Below, piece by piece: positions 1 to 11,767 of a stretch of 64,000 bases of DNA; within the stretch, counting starts at the first letter, position 1; each line of letters starts with the position of its first letter. The DNA lies in NCBI GenBank assembly GCA_965650765.1, contig CBFGPV010000006.1, positions 1,245 through 65,244 of the forward strand. Direction: 5' to 3'. Source of the stretch: an uncultured Burkholderiales bacterium. Its GTDB lineage: Bacteria > Pseudomonadota > Gammaproteobacteria > Burkholderiales > Burkholderiaceae_C. The notes under the pieces are model-generated. The model did no database searches and was not told where the DNA came from. It was given only the letters and a program-made list of their open reading frames with translations. A program made the translations under genes and the position numbers.

Positions 1-1
1 C

Positions 2-535
2 GCGGCGCAGCGCCGCGACTTCACCCTGGTGCTCAAGGCGATGATGGCGCTGTCGCGGGCACAGTTTCCGCTGGGCATCCGCTCACCGCTGGTCGATGCG
101 ATCGCGCGTGCGCCGCTGTGGGCCGAAGGCCTGGATTACGGCCACGGCACCGGCCACGGCGTGGGCTACTTCCTCAATGTGCATGAGGGCCCGCAGGTGA
201 TCAGCTACCACGCGGCGCCCGACCCCCACACGGCCATGCAGCCCGGCATGATCACCTCGATCGAGCCGGGACTGTATCGGCCGGGCCAGTGGGGCGTGCG
301 CATCGAGAACCTCGCCATGAACCAGCCGGCCGTCACCAGCGAGTTCGGCGAGTTCCTGCGTTTCGAGACCCTCACGCTGTGTCCGATCGACACCCGATGC
401 ATCGAGCTGGCGCTGCTGCGGGAGGACGAACGGGCCTGGCTCAACACCTACCATGCCACCGTGCGCGAACGGGTGCTGCCGCATGTGCAGGGCGACGCGC
501 GGGCCTGGCTGCTCAGGCGCACCGAGCCCGTCTGA
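2..535 (+). CDS. Xaa-Pro aminopeptidase (M24B family), C-terminal fragment; 5' end lies outside the window
   Basis: Frame is open from the window edge. Metal-ligand motifs HGTGHGVGYFLNVHEGP and SIEPGLY...VRIEN are typical of aminopeptidase P. Stop TGA at 533-535. Confidence 0.85.
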   Translation, partial: AAQRRDFTLVLKAMMALSRAQFPLGIRSPLVDAIARAPLWAEGLDYGHGTGHGVGYFLNVHEGPQVISYHAAPDPHTAMQPGMITSIEPGLYRPGQWGVRIENLAMNQPAVTSEFGEFLRFETLTLCPIDTRCIELALLREDERAWLNTYHATVRERVLPHVQGDARAWLLRRTEPV

Positions 536-606
536 ACCCGCCGCGGCGCAGCACGCTTAGTTCACTTGGCAAATAATGGCCGGCTCCCCCCGACCAGGAC
601 GGCCCA

Positions 607-1854
607 TTGAACGACCCCGCCAACGCATCCACCCTGTCGCCACGCAATGAGCGCTGGCTGCTGTTCAGCCTGACGGGCGTGCAGTTCACGCACATCGTCG
701 ACTTCATGATCATGATGCCGCTCGGACCGCAGTTCACGCGGCTGTTCGGCATCAGCGACGCGCAGTTCGGTGTGCTGGTGTCGGCCTACACGCTGGCGGC
801 CGGTGCTTCGGGCCTGCTGGCGTCGAGCTACATCGACCGCTTCGAGCGCAAGCGGCTGTTGCTGTGGCTGTATGCCGGGTTTGCGCTGGCCACGCTCGCC
901 TGCGGCCTGGCGCCCACCTACGGGCTGCTGATGGCCGCACGTGTGCTGGCCGGGTTGTTCGGCGGTGTGATGGGCGCGCTGGTGCAGACCATGGTGGGTG
1001 ATGCCATCCCGTTCGAGCGCCGTGGTCGTGCGATGGGCATGGTGATGTCCTCGTTTGCGATGGCCACCGTGGCCGGCGTGCCCGCCTCGCTGTGGCTGGC
1101 CGAGTGGCTGGGCTGGCATGCGCCCTTCATTGCGATCGCGGCGTTGTCCGGACTGATCTGGCTGGCGGCCAGCTACAGCCTGCCGGTGCTGGCCGGGCAT
1201 CTGCAGGCGCAACGCACGTTGTCCGCCTGGCAGGGTGTGCTGCATGTGCTGCGCGATGCCAACCATTGGCGTGCGTTCACGCTGTCGGCGCTGATGATGA
1301 CGGCAAGTTTTGTCGTGATCCCCTACCTCACGATCTACTCGACCACCAACGTGGGCATCCGCACCGACCAGATCCCGGTGATCTACCTCGTGGGCGGGCT
1401 GGCCACGCTGGTGTCGGCACGGGTCTGGGGTGTGCTGGCCGATCGCTGGGGCAAGGTGCGCACGCTGCGGCTCGTGGCGATCTGCTCGATGGTGCCGATC
1501 CTGGCGACGACCCACCTGGTGCCGGTGCCGTTCTGGGTGGTGCTGATCGTGACCACCGCGTTTTTCGTGTTCGTGTCAGGCCGCATGGTGCCCGGCATGG
1601 CCATCATCACCTCGGCCGCGCAGCCGCACTGGCGCGGCACCTTCATGAGCCTGAACTCGGCCGTGCAGTCGGCTGCGATGGGCGTGGCGGCGCTGGTGGG
1701 GGGCTTGCTGATCCATCGCTCGCCGGCCGGGCTGGTGCAGGGCTACGACTGGGCCGGCTGGGTGGCCGTGGCGACCACCCTCGTGCTGCTGCCGCTGGCG
1801 GGGCGCGTGAAGATGTTCACAGCCCGGCCTGACGTGGTGCACAACGAGCAATGA
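607..1854 (+). CDS. MFS transporter
   Basis: 415-aa ORF with about 12 hydrophobic segments. It has an MFS-like loop motif (DRFERKRLL) after TM2. The TTG start is uncertain. Confidence 0.8.
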   Translation: MNDPANASTLSPRNERWLLFSLTGVQFTHIVDFMIMMPLGPQFTRLFGISDAQFGVLVSAYTLAAGASGLLASSYIDRFERKRLLLWLYAGFALATLACGLAPTYGLLMAARVLAGLFGGVMGALVQTMVGDAIPFERRGRAMGMVMSSFAMATVAGVPASLWLAEWLGWHAPFIAIAALSGLIWLAASYSLPVLAGHLQAQRTLSAWQGVLHVLRDANHWRAFTLSALMMTASFVVIPYLTIYSTTNVGIRTDQIPVIYLVGGLATLVSARVWGVLADRWGKVRTLRLVAICSMVPILATTHLVPVPFWVVLIVTTAFFVFVSGRMVPGMAIITSAAQPHWRGTFMSLNSAVQSAAMGVAALVGGLLIHRSPAGLVQGYDWAGWVAVATTLVLLPLAGRVKMFTARPDVVHNEQ

Positions 1855-2019
1855 TCGCCCAAAAACGGCCCCTCGTGGGGACTCCCGGCGCCCCATTTCG
1901 GGTATTCCCGTCATCGGCTTGTCACGATCTGGTGGTGGGAGCACACTGGGCTCGAGCCTGTCGCCGGAATCGCGTCCGGAGCGCTCCGGGACGGCTCCAG
2001 TCCTTTGAAAGGAGGCTTT

Positions 2020-2373
2020 ATGAACTTGACGATCAGCGGCCATCACCTTGAAGTGACACCTGCTCTGCGAGAGTACGTGCTCACGAAGCTGGACCGGGTC
2101 ACCCGGCATTTTGATCAGGTGGTGGATGTCAACGTGCTCCTCACTGTCGAGAAACTCAAGGAAAAGGAACGTCGCCAGAAAGCCGAAGTGACACTGCACG
2201 TGAAGGGCAAGGACATCTTCGTCGAAACCTCACACGAAGACCTGTACGCCGCGATCGACCAATTGATGGACAAGCTGGACCGACAAGTGGTCAAGCACAA
2301 GGGCCGTCTGCAGGACCATCACCATGAATCGCCCAAGCGCATGAACGGTGCGCTGGCCGATGGTACACAGTGA
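2020..2373 (+). CDS. hpf: ribosome hibernation promoting factor (sigma-54 modulation protein family)
   Basis: N-terminus [20 protein letters not shown] is the canonical HPF/YhbH start. SD aaaggagg lies upstream of ATG 2020. The gene sits upstream of ptsN-hprK as in other proteobacteria. Confidence 0.9.
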   Translation: MNLTISGHHLEVTPALREYVLTKLDRVTRHFDQVVDVNVLLTVEKLKEKERRQKAEVTLHVKGKDIFVETSHEDLYAAIDQLMDKLDRQVVKHKGRLQDHHHESPKRMNGALADGTQ

Positions 2374-2400
2374 GTCCGTGCACACATCCACGAACTCTCG

Positions 2401-2428
2401 GCGGCCTTCGGGCCGCTTTTGTCTTGTT
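2401..2428 (+). terminator. rho-independent terminator after hpf
   Basis: Stem gcggcc, loop ttcg, stem ggccgc, followed by ttttgtcttgtt. Confidence 0.8.
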
Positions 2429-2516
2429 GGGATTGCAACACCCGCTTGCTGCGCCGCAACAAGCTGTGCACAATCCCTCGAACAGGTGGGGAGCCTTCCC
2501 TACCCCCATTGGGGGG

Positions 2517-2528
2517 GCTTCCTATAAT
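2517..2528 (+). promoter_or_regulatory. candidate -10 region (gcttccTATAAT) for ptsN-hprK
   Basis: Perfect TATAAT at 2523-2528 in otherwise GC-rich DNA, 70 nt upstream of the ptsN ATG. There is no convincing -35. The same 12-mer recurs upstream of leuS. Confidence 0.45.
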
Positions 2529-2597
2529 GCAACGTTTTGTCACTGACACGCGTGGGCCCAGGTTGGCAACAGCCGAAAGGCCGGGCGCGGTGACCTC

Positions 2598-3068
2598 ATG
2601 AACCGTCTCGCCGCCATCCTTCCCGTCAGCAATGTGCTGGTGAATGTGGAAGCAACCAGCAAGAAGCGTGCCTTTGAGCAGGCGGGTCTGCTGTTCGAGA
2701 ACCAGCATGCCATCGCGCGTGCCACGGTGACGGACAACCTGTTCGCCCGCGAACGCCTGGGCTCCACCGGCCTGGGGCATGGTGTGGCCATTCCGCACGG
2801 CCGTATCAAGGGCCTGAAGAATCCGCTGGCGGCAGTGCTGCGTGTGGACCAGGCCATTCCCTTCGATGCGCCCGACGACGAGCCGGTCAGCCTGCTGATC
2901 TTCCTGCTGGTGCCCGAGGCAGCGACCCAGCGGCACCTGGAGATCCTCTCCGAGATTGCCGAACTGCTGTCCGACCGCGAACTGCGCGAGCGGCTCAAGA
3001 CCGAGCCCGAAGCGGCCAAGGTCCACGAGCTGATCTCCACCTGGGAACCGCTGAAGTCCGTCGCCTGA
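2598..3068 (+). CDS. ptsN: PTS EIIA-Ntr nitrogen regulatory protein
   Basis: 156 aa. Active-site His context GLGHGVAIPHGR. Positioned between hpf and hprK. Confidence 0.9.
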   Translation: MNRLAAILPVSNVLVNVEATSKKRAFEQAGLLFENQHAIARATVTDNLFARERLGSTGLGHGVAIPHGRIKGLKNPLAAVLRVDQAIPFDAPDDEPVSLLIFLLVPEAATQRHLEILSEIAELLSDRELRERLKTEPEAAKVHELISTWEPLKSVA

Positions 3069-3111
3069 GCCGTGACACCGAAGGACGGACCGACACTGAA
3101 GTGAGCGCCGG

Positions 3112-4068
3112 TTGAAACCTTCCGTCATCAGCGCCGAGGCGCTTTTCGAGGCCCAGCGGGCCGATCTCAAGTGGCAATGGATTGCCGGCCATGCCCACCC
3201 CGAGCGTCGATTTGACGAAGTGGCGGTGCGCGACGCGCAGTCGGCGGCCGATCTGGTCGGTTACCTCAACTACATCCATCCCTACCGTGTGCAGATCGTC
3301 GGTCGCCGCGAGGTGCAGTACCTCGCCGAGGCCACCGCCGAGGACCAGGCGCGCCGCATCTCGCGCATCGTCACGCTGGAGCCACCCGTGCTGGTGGTGG
3401 CCGATGGTCAGACGCCGCCCGATCAGCTCGTGGCGATGTGCGAGCGGGCCGAGATCCCGCTGTTTGTCACCGAGGAGTCCGCCGGTTTCGTGATCGACGT
3501 GATGCGCAGCTATCTGTCGCTGCACTTCGCCGAGCGCACGACACGCCACGGCGTGTTCATGGACATCCTGGGCCTGGGCGTGCTGCTGACCGGCGAGTCC
3601 GGGCTGGGCAAGAGCGAACTCGGCCTGGAGCTGATCTCGCGTGGCAACGGCCTGGTCGCCGACGATGCGGTCGACCTCTTCCGGGTGTCGCAGTCGGCGA
3701 TCGAAGGGCGCTGCCCCGAGCTGCTGATGAACCTGCTCGAGGTGCGCGGCATCGGCCTGCTGGACATCAAGGCGATCTTTGGCGAGACGGCGGTGCGCCG
3801 CAAGATGCGCCTCAAGCTCATCGTGCACCTGGTGCGCAAGGAAACCCTGGAACGCGAGTTCGAGCGCCTGCCCTACGAGCCGCTGTACGAGGACATCCTG
3901 GGCGTGCCGGTGCGCAAGGTGGTGATCGCGGTGGACGCCGGCCGCAACCTGGCCGTGCTGGTCGAGGCGGCCGTGCGCAACTCCATCCTGCAGCTGCGCG
4001 GCATCGACACCTACAAGGAATTCATCGAGCGTCACCAGCGTGCGATGGAGCGTGGTGACGAGGTCTGA
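3112..4068 (+). CDS. hprK: HPr kinase/phosphorylase
   Basis: 318 aa. P-loop [15 protein letters not shown] and signature [11 protein letters not shown] start. Confidence 0.9.
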   Translation: MKPSVISAEALFEAQRADLKWQWIAGHAHPERRFDEVAVRDAQSAADLVGYLNYIHPYRVQIVGRREVQYLAEATAEDQARRISRIVTLEPPVLVVADGQTPPDQLVAMCERAEIPLFVTEESAGFVIDVMRSYLSLHFAERTTRHGVFMDILGLGVLLTGESGLGKSELGLELISRGNGLVADDAVDLFRVSQSAIEGRCPELLMNLLEVRGIGLLDIKAIFGETAVRRKMRLKLIVHLVRKETLEREFERLPYEPLYEDILGVPVRKVVIAVDAGRNLAVLVEAAVRNSILQLRGIDTYKEFIERHQRAMERGDEV

Positions 4069-4110
4069 GCGCTCCTGATCGCGCCTCCCCGCCTCGCGCG
4101 GGCCGGGCGC

Positions 4111-4545
4111 TCAGCGTTCGCCGGCCTGGCCCTTGCAGCCTTCGCGGCCGCACACCACGTAAAGCGCGAGCGAATGGTCCTGCAGCTCGTAGCCGCGATC
4201 CTTGGCGATCTGCTGCTGGCGCCGTTCGATCTCGGCGTCGTAGAACTCCTCGACCCGGCCACACACCACACACACGAGGTGATCGTGGTGCTTGCCTTCA
4301 TTGAGCTCGAACACGGCCTTGCCGGCCTCGAAGTGATTGCGCGACAGCAACCCGGCCTGCTCGAACTGCATCAGCACGCGGTACACCGTGGCCAGGCCGA
4401 TGTCCGAGCCCTCGGCCAGCAGCGCCTTGTAGACATCTTCGGCCGTCATGTGACGCTGGGCGCCGGACTGGAAGACTTCCAGGATCTTCAGACGGGGGAG
4501 GGTGGCCTTCAGGCCGCTGCTCTTGAGTTCGTCGACGTTGGTCAT
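4111..4545 (-). CDS. fur: ferric uptake regulator
   Basis: Trimmed to [25 protein letters not shown], with ATG at 4545. Metal sites [11 protein letters not shown]...C. 144 aa. Confidence 0.92.
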   Translation of the reverse strand: MTNVDELKSSGLKATLPRLKILEVFQSGAQRHMTAEDVYKALLAEGSDIGLATVYRVLMQFEQAGLLSRNHFEAGKAVFELNEGKHHDHLVCVVCGRVEEFYDAEIERRQQQIAKDRGYELQDHSLALYVVCGREGCKGQAGER

Positions 4546-4571
4546 GTGCGGCTCCGTGCGCGATGGGCCGC

Positions 4572-4602
4572 TTGAAGCATCGGCGAGCCCACCCGGTAGA
4601 AT
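4572..4602 (+). promoter_or_regulatory. candidate sigma-70 promoter for bamE-dapB (TTGAAG-N19-TAGAAT)
   Basis: AT-rich hexamer TAGAAT at 4597-4602, 55 nt upstream of the bamE ATG. The spacer is longer than optimal. Confidence 0.35.
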
Positions 4603-4657
4603 CTTCGGATCATATCGAGGTTGTGCGGCGTCAAGCCGCGCCGGCAGACAAATCCCT

Positions 4658-5188
4658 ATGTCGACTTTCATTCGGTGGAGCCTGCGCTCCGGTGGCCTGT
4701 GTGCCCTGACGCTGCTTGCGGCATGCGGCTCGCTGCAATCGTCGGACAACTTCCTCGGTGTCGTCACGCCCTACCGGATCGAAGTGGTCCAGGGCAACGT
4801 CGTGACCCGCGAGATGGCCGAGCTGGTCAAGCCCGGCATGAGCCGTGCGCAGGTGCGCGATGCGCTGGGCTCGCCGCTGCTGACCGACATCTTCCACGCC
4901 GACCGCTGGGACTACATGTTCACCATCCGGCGCCAGGGCGCCGAACCGCAGCGTCGCCGGGTCACGGTCTTTTTCGAGGGCGAACAGCTGGCCCGTCTGG
5001 AGGCCGACGAACTCCCTGCCGAAGAAGAGTTCGTCAATGCGATCAACGTCTTCCGCAAGCCTTCGTCGCTGCCGCGCCTGGAGCTGACCGAGGAGCAGGT
5101 GAAGGCCCTGCCGGTGCCGCCGCGCAAGCCCGAACCCGCTGCCACGGCCCAGGCGCCCCGCCGCGACTATCCCCCGCTGGAGCGATGA
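4658..5188 (+). CDS. bamE: outer membrane protein assembly factor BamE (SmpA/OmlA lipoprotein)
   Basis: Start at [25 protein letters not shown] (lipobox LAAC). SmpA/OmlA core [31 protein letters not shown]. Confidence 0.85.
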   Translation: MSTFIRWSLRSGGLCALTLLAACGSLQSSDNFLGVVTPYRIEVVQGNVVTREMAELVKPGMSRAQVRDALGSPLLTDIFHADRWDYMFTIRRQGAEPQRRRVTVFFEGEQLARLEADELPAEEEFVNAINVFRKPSSLPRLELTEEQVKALPVPPRKPEPAATAQAPRRDYPPLER

Positions 5189-5260
5189 TCCTGGCACGCC
5201 ACCCGACGTGCCCACTCCCATCACCCCCGGACCGACCGAACCCACCTTGCCATCGTTGAC

Positions 5261-6082
5261 ATGAATCTACGCATCGCCATTGCCGGGAGTTCCGGCCGCA
5301 TGGGTCGCACCCTGATCGAGGCCGTGCTGGCGGCCGACGACTGCCAGCTTGCCGGTGCACTGGACGTCGCCGGCAGCCCCGCGCTGGGACAGGATGCTTC
5401 GGCCTTCCTGGGCCAGGCCAGCGGGGTGATCATCACCGACGACCTGCGCCGTGCGCTGCAGGGTGTCGACGTGCTGATCGACTTCACCCGCCCCGAAGGC
5501 ACGATGGCCCATCTGGAGCTGTGCCGCGAACTGGGCGTGAAGGCCGTGGTCGGCACCACCGGCTTCAGTGAGGCTCAGAAGGCCCGCATCGGCGAGATCG
5601 CCCGCGACATCGCCATCGTGATGGCACCCAACATGAGCGTGGGCGTCAACGTGGTGCTCAAGCTGCTGGAAACCGCCGCCCGTGCGCTGGCGCAGGGGTA
5701 CGACATCGAGATCATCGAGGCCCATCACCGCCACAAGGTCGACGCGCCCAGCGGCACGGCGCTCAAGATGGGTGAGGTCGTGGCCCAGGCGATCGGCCGT
5801 GACCTCAAGAGCTGTGCCGTGTATGGCCGTGAAGGTGTCACCGGCGAACGCGACCCGTCCACCATCGGATTTGCCACGGTGCGTGGCGGCGACATCGTCG
5901 GTGACCACACGGTGCTGTTTGCCGGCACCGGCGAGCGCATCGAGATCACGCACAAGTCCTCCAGCCGCGCCACCTACGCGCAGGGCAGCCTGCGTGCGGC
6001 CCGCTTCCTGAAGCAGCACGCGCACGGCCTGTACGGCATGGACGAGGTGCTGGGCATGGCCGGCGGTGGCGCCGGGCAGTGA
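5261..6082 (+). CDS. dapB: 4-hydroxy-tetrahydrodipicolinate reductase
   Basis: 273 aa. N-terminal Rossmann motif [11 protein letters not shown]. Catalytic [15 protein letters not shown] motif. Confidence 0.93.
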   Translation: MNLRIAIAGSSGRMGRTLIEAVLAADDCQLAGALDVAGSPALGQDASAFLGQASGVIITDDLRRALQGVDVLIDFTRPEGTMAHLELCRELGVKAVVGTTGFSEAQKARIGEIARDIAIVMAPNMSVGVNVVLKLLETAARALAQGYDIEIIEAHHRHKVDAPSGTALKMGEVVAQAIGRDLKSCAVYGREGVTGERDPSTIGFATVRGGDIVGDHTVLFAGTGERIEITHKSSSRATYAQGSLRAARFLKQHAHGLYGMDEVLGMAGGGAGQ

Positions 6083-6735
6083 ACGGTTTCGCGCACTTCT
6101 GGGAGCAGGGCGACGGCGTGAGCCGGACCGTGGCCCTGGTGCTGCTGCTGATGTCGGTCAGCGCCTGGGTGCTGATCTTCTGGAAGGCCTGGCTGCTGCG
6201 CCGCGCCCGGCGTGACCTCGAGCGCGGCGTGCCGGCCTTCTGGGCGGCGACGTCGCTCGACGAGGGGCGCATGCGGCTCGGGGCGATCGACCGCGAACGT
6301 GTGCTGCTGCCCCTGCTCGATGCGGCGCTGGCCGACCCGCCGGCCGGGTCGCTGGCATCGGCCGGCCAGCGGGCCTCGCAGCTGACCCGCCGCCTGCGCG
6401 ACGCCCTGCACGGCATCCTGGACCACCTCCAGACCGGGCAGGTGCTGCTGGCCTCCATCGGCAGCACGGCGCCCTTCATCGGCCTGTTCGGCACTGTCTG
6501 GGGCATCTACCATGCGCTGGTCGGCATGGCCGCCGACGGGCAGATCACGATCGAGAAGGTCTCCGGACCGGTCGGCGAGGCGCTGATCATGACGGCCGCG
6601 GGTCTGGCGGTGGCCATCCCGGCGGTGCTGGCCTACAACGTGTTCGGCAAGCTCGTGGGCGGCTGCGAGGCCGACCTCGAAGGCTTTGCCCACGACCTGC
6701 GCGAGATGGTGGGCGAAACGCCCCACCCGGGCTGA
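6079..6735 (+). CDS. MotA/TolQ/ExbB proton-channel family protein
   Basis: 218 aa, 3 TM segments, C-terminal motif [25 protein letters not shown]. The GTG start overlaps the dapB stop (GTGA). Confidence 0.85.
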   Translation: MNGFAHFWEQGDGVSRTVALVLLLMSVSAWVLIFWKAWLLRRARRDLERGVPAFWAATSLDEGRMRLGAIDRERVLLPLLDAALADPPAGSLASAGQRASQLTRRLRDALHGILDHLQTGQVLLASIGSTAPFIGLFGTVWGIYHALVGMAADGQITIEKVSGPVGEALIMTAAGLAVAIPAVLAYNVFGKLVGGCEADLEGFAHDLREMVGETPHPG

Positions 6736-6746
6736 GGCAGCACGCC

Positions 6747-7196
6747 ATGGCTTTCGGTCGCCTCGAGCGCCGCAGCGGCCCGCAGCCGATGAGCGAGATC
6801 AACATGACCCCGCTGATCGACGTGATGCTGGTGCTGCTGGTGATCTTCATGATTTCCGCACCGCTGATCACCTCCGGCCTCAAGCTGGAACTGCCGCGCA
6901 GCGAGGCGGCGGCGCCCACCGATGCCCCGGTGTTCATCGAGCTCACCCTGACCCCCGACGGGCGCCTGCTGCAGGACCGGCAACCCGTCGAGAGGGTGGC
7001 GCTGGCGGTGCAGCTGGCCGAGACGGCTCGCCGCAAGCCCGAGACCGAGGTCCACCTGCGCGCCGATCGGGCCGTGCCCTACGGCCAGGTGGCCGAACTG
7101 ATCGGGCTGGTCCAGCAGGCCGGGCTGCACCGCATCGCCTTCGTGGCCGATCCGACCCCGGTCATCGACCCGGCCGGACCAGCGGCCAGCCGTTGA
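6747..7196 (+). CDS. ExbD/TolR biopolymer transport protein
   Basis: 149 aa. Signature INMTPLIDVMLVLLVIFM, and periplasmic domain motif VHLRADRAVPYGQVAELI. Confidence 0.85.
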   Translation: MAFGRLERRSGPQPMSEINMTPLIDVMLVLLVIFMISAPLITSGLKLELPRSEAAAPTDAPVFIELTLTPDGRLLQDRQPVERVALAVQLAETARRKPETEVHLRADRAVPYGQVAELIGLVQQAGLHRIAFVADPTPVIDPAGPAASR

Positions 7197-7229
7197 GCTG
7201 CGGCCGGCGGCCGGCGCCAGGCCGCGGGC

Positions 7230-9955
<2,726 letters not shown>

Positions 9956-9958
9956 ACC

Positions 9959-10480
9959 GTGCCGCATCGTCTGCCGACCTCCCCCGTGCGCCGCCGCCTG
10001 GGCCGCGCGGCCGCCTCGGCGGTGGCTGCCGTGGCCCTGTCGGCCTGCGGCTTCAAGCTGCGCGGGGACATCCAGCTGGCGTTTCGCAGCATCCGGCTCG
10101 GTTTTGCGCCGCGTTCGATGATGGGCCTGGAAGTCCAGCGTCAACTGGCGCTGGTGCCCGACCTGCGCATCGTCGACACCGACGCCGAGGCCGAGGTCGT
10201 GATGGACGTGCTGACCGACCAGGTCACCCGGGTGGTCAGTGCCTCCACGGCGGCCGGCCAGGTGCGTGAGTTCGCCATCACCACCCGGCTGAAGTTCCGC
10301 GTGCGCACCCCGGCCGGGCGTGAGCTGGTCGGGCCCACCGAACTGGGGCTGGCGCAGACGCTGAGCTACAACGAAAGCGCGGCGCTGGCCAAGGAAAGCG
10401 AAGAGTCCCAGATGGTCGAGACCATGCGCCGCGAGATCGCCGCCCAGGTGATGCGTCGTCTGGCCGCCATCAAGCTGTGA
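9959..10480 (+). CDS. lptE: LPS-assembly lipoprotein LptE
   Basis: 173 aa. Lipobox LSAC followed by GFKLRG. Conserved position between leuS and holA. Confidence 0.8.
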   Translation: MPHRLPTSPVRRRLGRAAASAVAAVALSACGFKLRGDIQLAFRSIRLGFAPRSMMGLEVQRQLALVPDLRIVDTDAEAEVVMDVLTDQVTRVVSASTAAGQVREFAITTRLKFRVRTPAGRELVGPTELGLAQTLSYNESAALAKESEESQMVETMRREIAAQVMRRLAAIKL

Positions 10481-10492
10481 ACCGGCCGGCGC

Positions 10493-11575
10493 ATGCAACT
10501 GCGACTTGACCAACTGGCGACCCACCTGCGGCAGGGCCTGCGGCCCGTCTATGCGCTGTACGGCGACGAGCCGCTGCTGGCCCAGGAGGCGCAGGACCTC
10601 ATCCGCGCAGCGGCCCGGGCGGCCGGGCACACCGAGCGCAGTGTCCACACCGTGGTCGGGGCCCATTTCGACTGGAGCGAAGTGCTGGCCGACGTGCAGG
10701 CCCTGAGCCTGTTTGCCGAAAGGCGTCTGATCGAGCTGCGCATTCCCGGCGGCAAGCCCGGCAAGGAAGGCTCCCAGGCGTTGCAGGACTACTGCCGGTT
10801 GACGGCCGACGGTGGCGACGTGGTCACCATCGTGACCCTGCCCCGGCTGGACAAGGCCACCCAGTCGAGCGCGTGGTTCACCGCCCTGGATGCCGCGGGC
10901 GTGACCTTGCGCATCGATCCGGTCGACCGCAAGGCCCTGCCGCAGTGGATCGCGCAGCGGCTGTCGGCCCAGGGCCAGCGGGTCCAGCCCGGCGAGGGCG
11001 GTCAACATGCGCTCGCGTTTTTTGCCGACCGGGTCGAGGGCAACCTGCTGGCAGCGCACCAGGAGATCCAGAAGCTCGGTCTGCTGTATCCGCAGGGCGA
11101 GCTGACCTTCGAGCAGATCGAGTCCGCGGTGCTCAACGTGGCCCGCTACGACGTCTTCAAACTGTCCGAGGCGGTGCTGGCCGGCCAGGTGCCACGTGCC
11201 TTGCGCATGCTCGACGGCCTGGAGGCCGAAGGCGAAGCCGCGGTGCTGGTGCACTGGACCCTGTCGGAGGACATCCGCGCCCTCAAGCGGGTGCGCGATG
11301 CAATGGCCGCCGGCCGCCCGCTGCCGATGGCGCTGCGCGAGCAGCGGGTCTGGGGTGTGAAGGAAAAGCTGTTCGAACGCATCCTGCCCCGTGCCAGTGA
11401 CGACGGCCTGCTGGCGCTGCTGAGCGCCGCGCAGGTGTGCGACGGCGTCGTCAAGGGGCTGCGCCACCCGGACTGGCCGCTCGACCCCTGGGCCGCGCTG
11501 CGCCGCCTGGTGCTGCAGGCGGCCGAATGCTGCACGGCCGGTGGCCCGGTGCGCCGCCTGGCCCTGATGCCCTGA
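10493..11575 (+). CDS. holA: DNA polymerase III subunit delta
   Basis: 360 aa. N-terminal YALYGDEPLL motif. Synteny leuS-lptE-holA. Confidence 0.85.
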   Translation: MQLRLDQLATHLRQGLRPVYALYGDEPLLAQEAQDLIRAAARAAGHTERSVHTVVGAHFDWSEVLADVQALSLFAERRLIELRIPGGKPGKEGSQALQDYCRLTADGGDVVTIVTLPRLDKATQSSAWFTALDAAGVTLRIDPVDRKALPQWIAQRLSAQGQRVQPGEGGQHALAFFADRVEGNLLAAHQEIQKLGLLYPQGELTFEQIESAVLNVARYDVFKLSEAVLAGQVPRALRMLDGLEAEGEAAVLVHWTLSEDIRALKRVRDAMAAGRPLPMALREQRVWGVKEKLFERILPRASDDGLLALLSAAQVCDGVVKGLRHPDWPLDPWAALRRLVLQAAECCTAGGPVRRLALMP

Positions 11576-11610
11576 GCCGCAGCGCACACGGCCCGGCCAG
11601 CTGACACGGG

Positions 11611-11743
11611 CGAACTACATCGACTACAAGCCAGGGGTATTCGCCGCGGGTTGACGGTGTAGTTTTGCTTCATGAGAATCCGCCGCACTGGTTCGGATGG
11701 CATCTCGCTCGTCATCTCATAACGTACTAAAACTACAAGCCCC
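11611..11743 (+). promoter_or_regulatory. low-GC control region of the pullulanase gene: candidate promoter TTGACG(11651)-N17-GAGAAT(11674) plus four ACTACA-type repeats
   Basis: ACTACA at 11614, 11623 and 11732, and TGTAGT at 11659. The 10-mer ACTACAAGCC occurs twice (11623, 11732). The 9-mer AAAACTACA occurs at 11729 and inverted at 11659-11667, inside the promoter spacer. Confidence 0.35.
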
Positions 11744-11767
11744 GAACCCATGTCACAGGAGACAGGC

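Noticed and set aside
4546-4767. N-terminal extensions of several ORF-track entries (fur to 4767, bamE from 4502, htpG from 16780, gspD to 54255, gspN to 55448, gspJ to 59021, AAA+ to 45205, Crp from 41958, kinase from 46164)
   Set aside because: The extensions overlap neighbouring genes or intergenic promoters, lack SD sequences, and precede canonical family N-termini. Starts were trimmed to internal ATG, GTG or TTG codons supported by SD or by stop-start overlaps.
5192-5210. TGGCACG upstream of dapB as a sigma-54 -24 element
   Set aside because: There is no TTGC-type -12 element at the required 4-5 nt spacing, and dapB is not a typical sigma-54 target.
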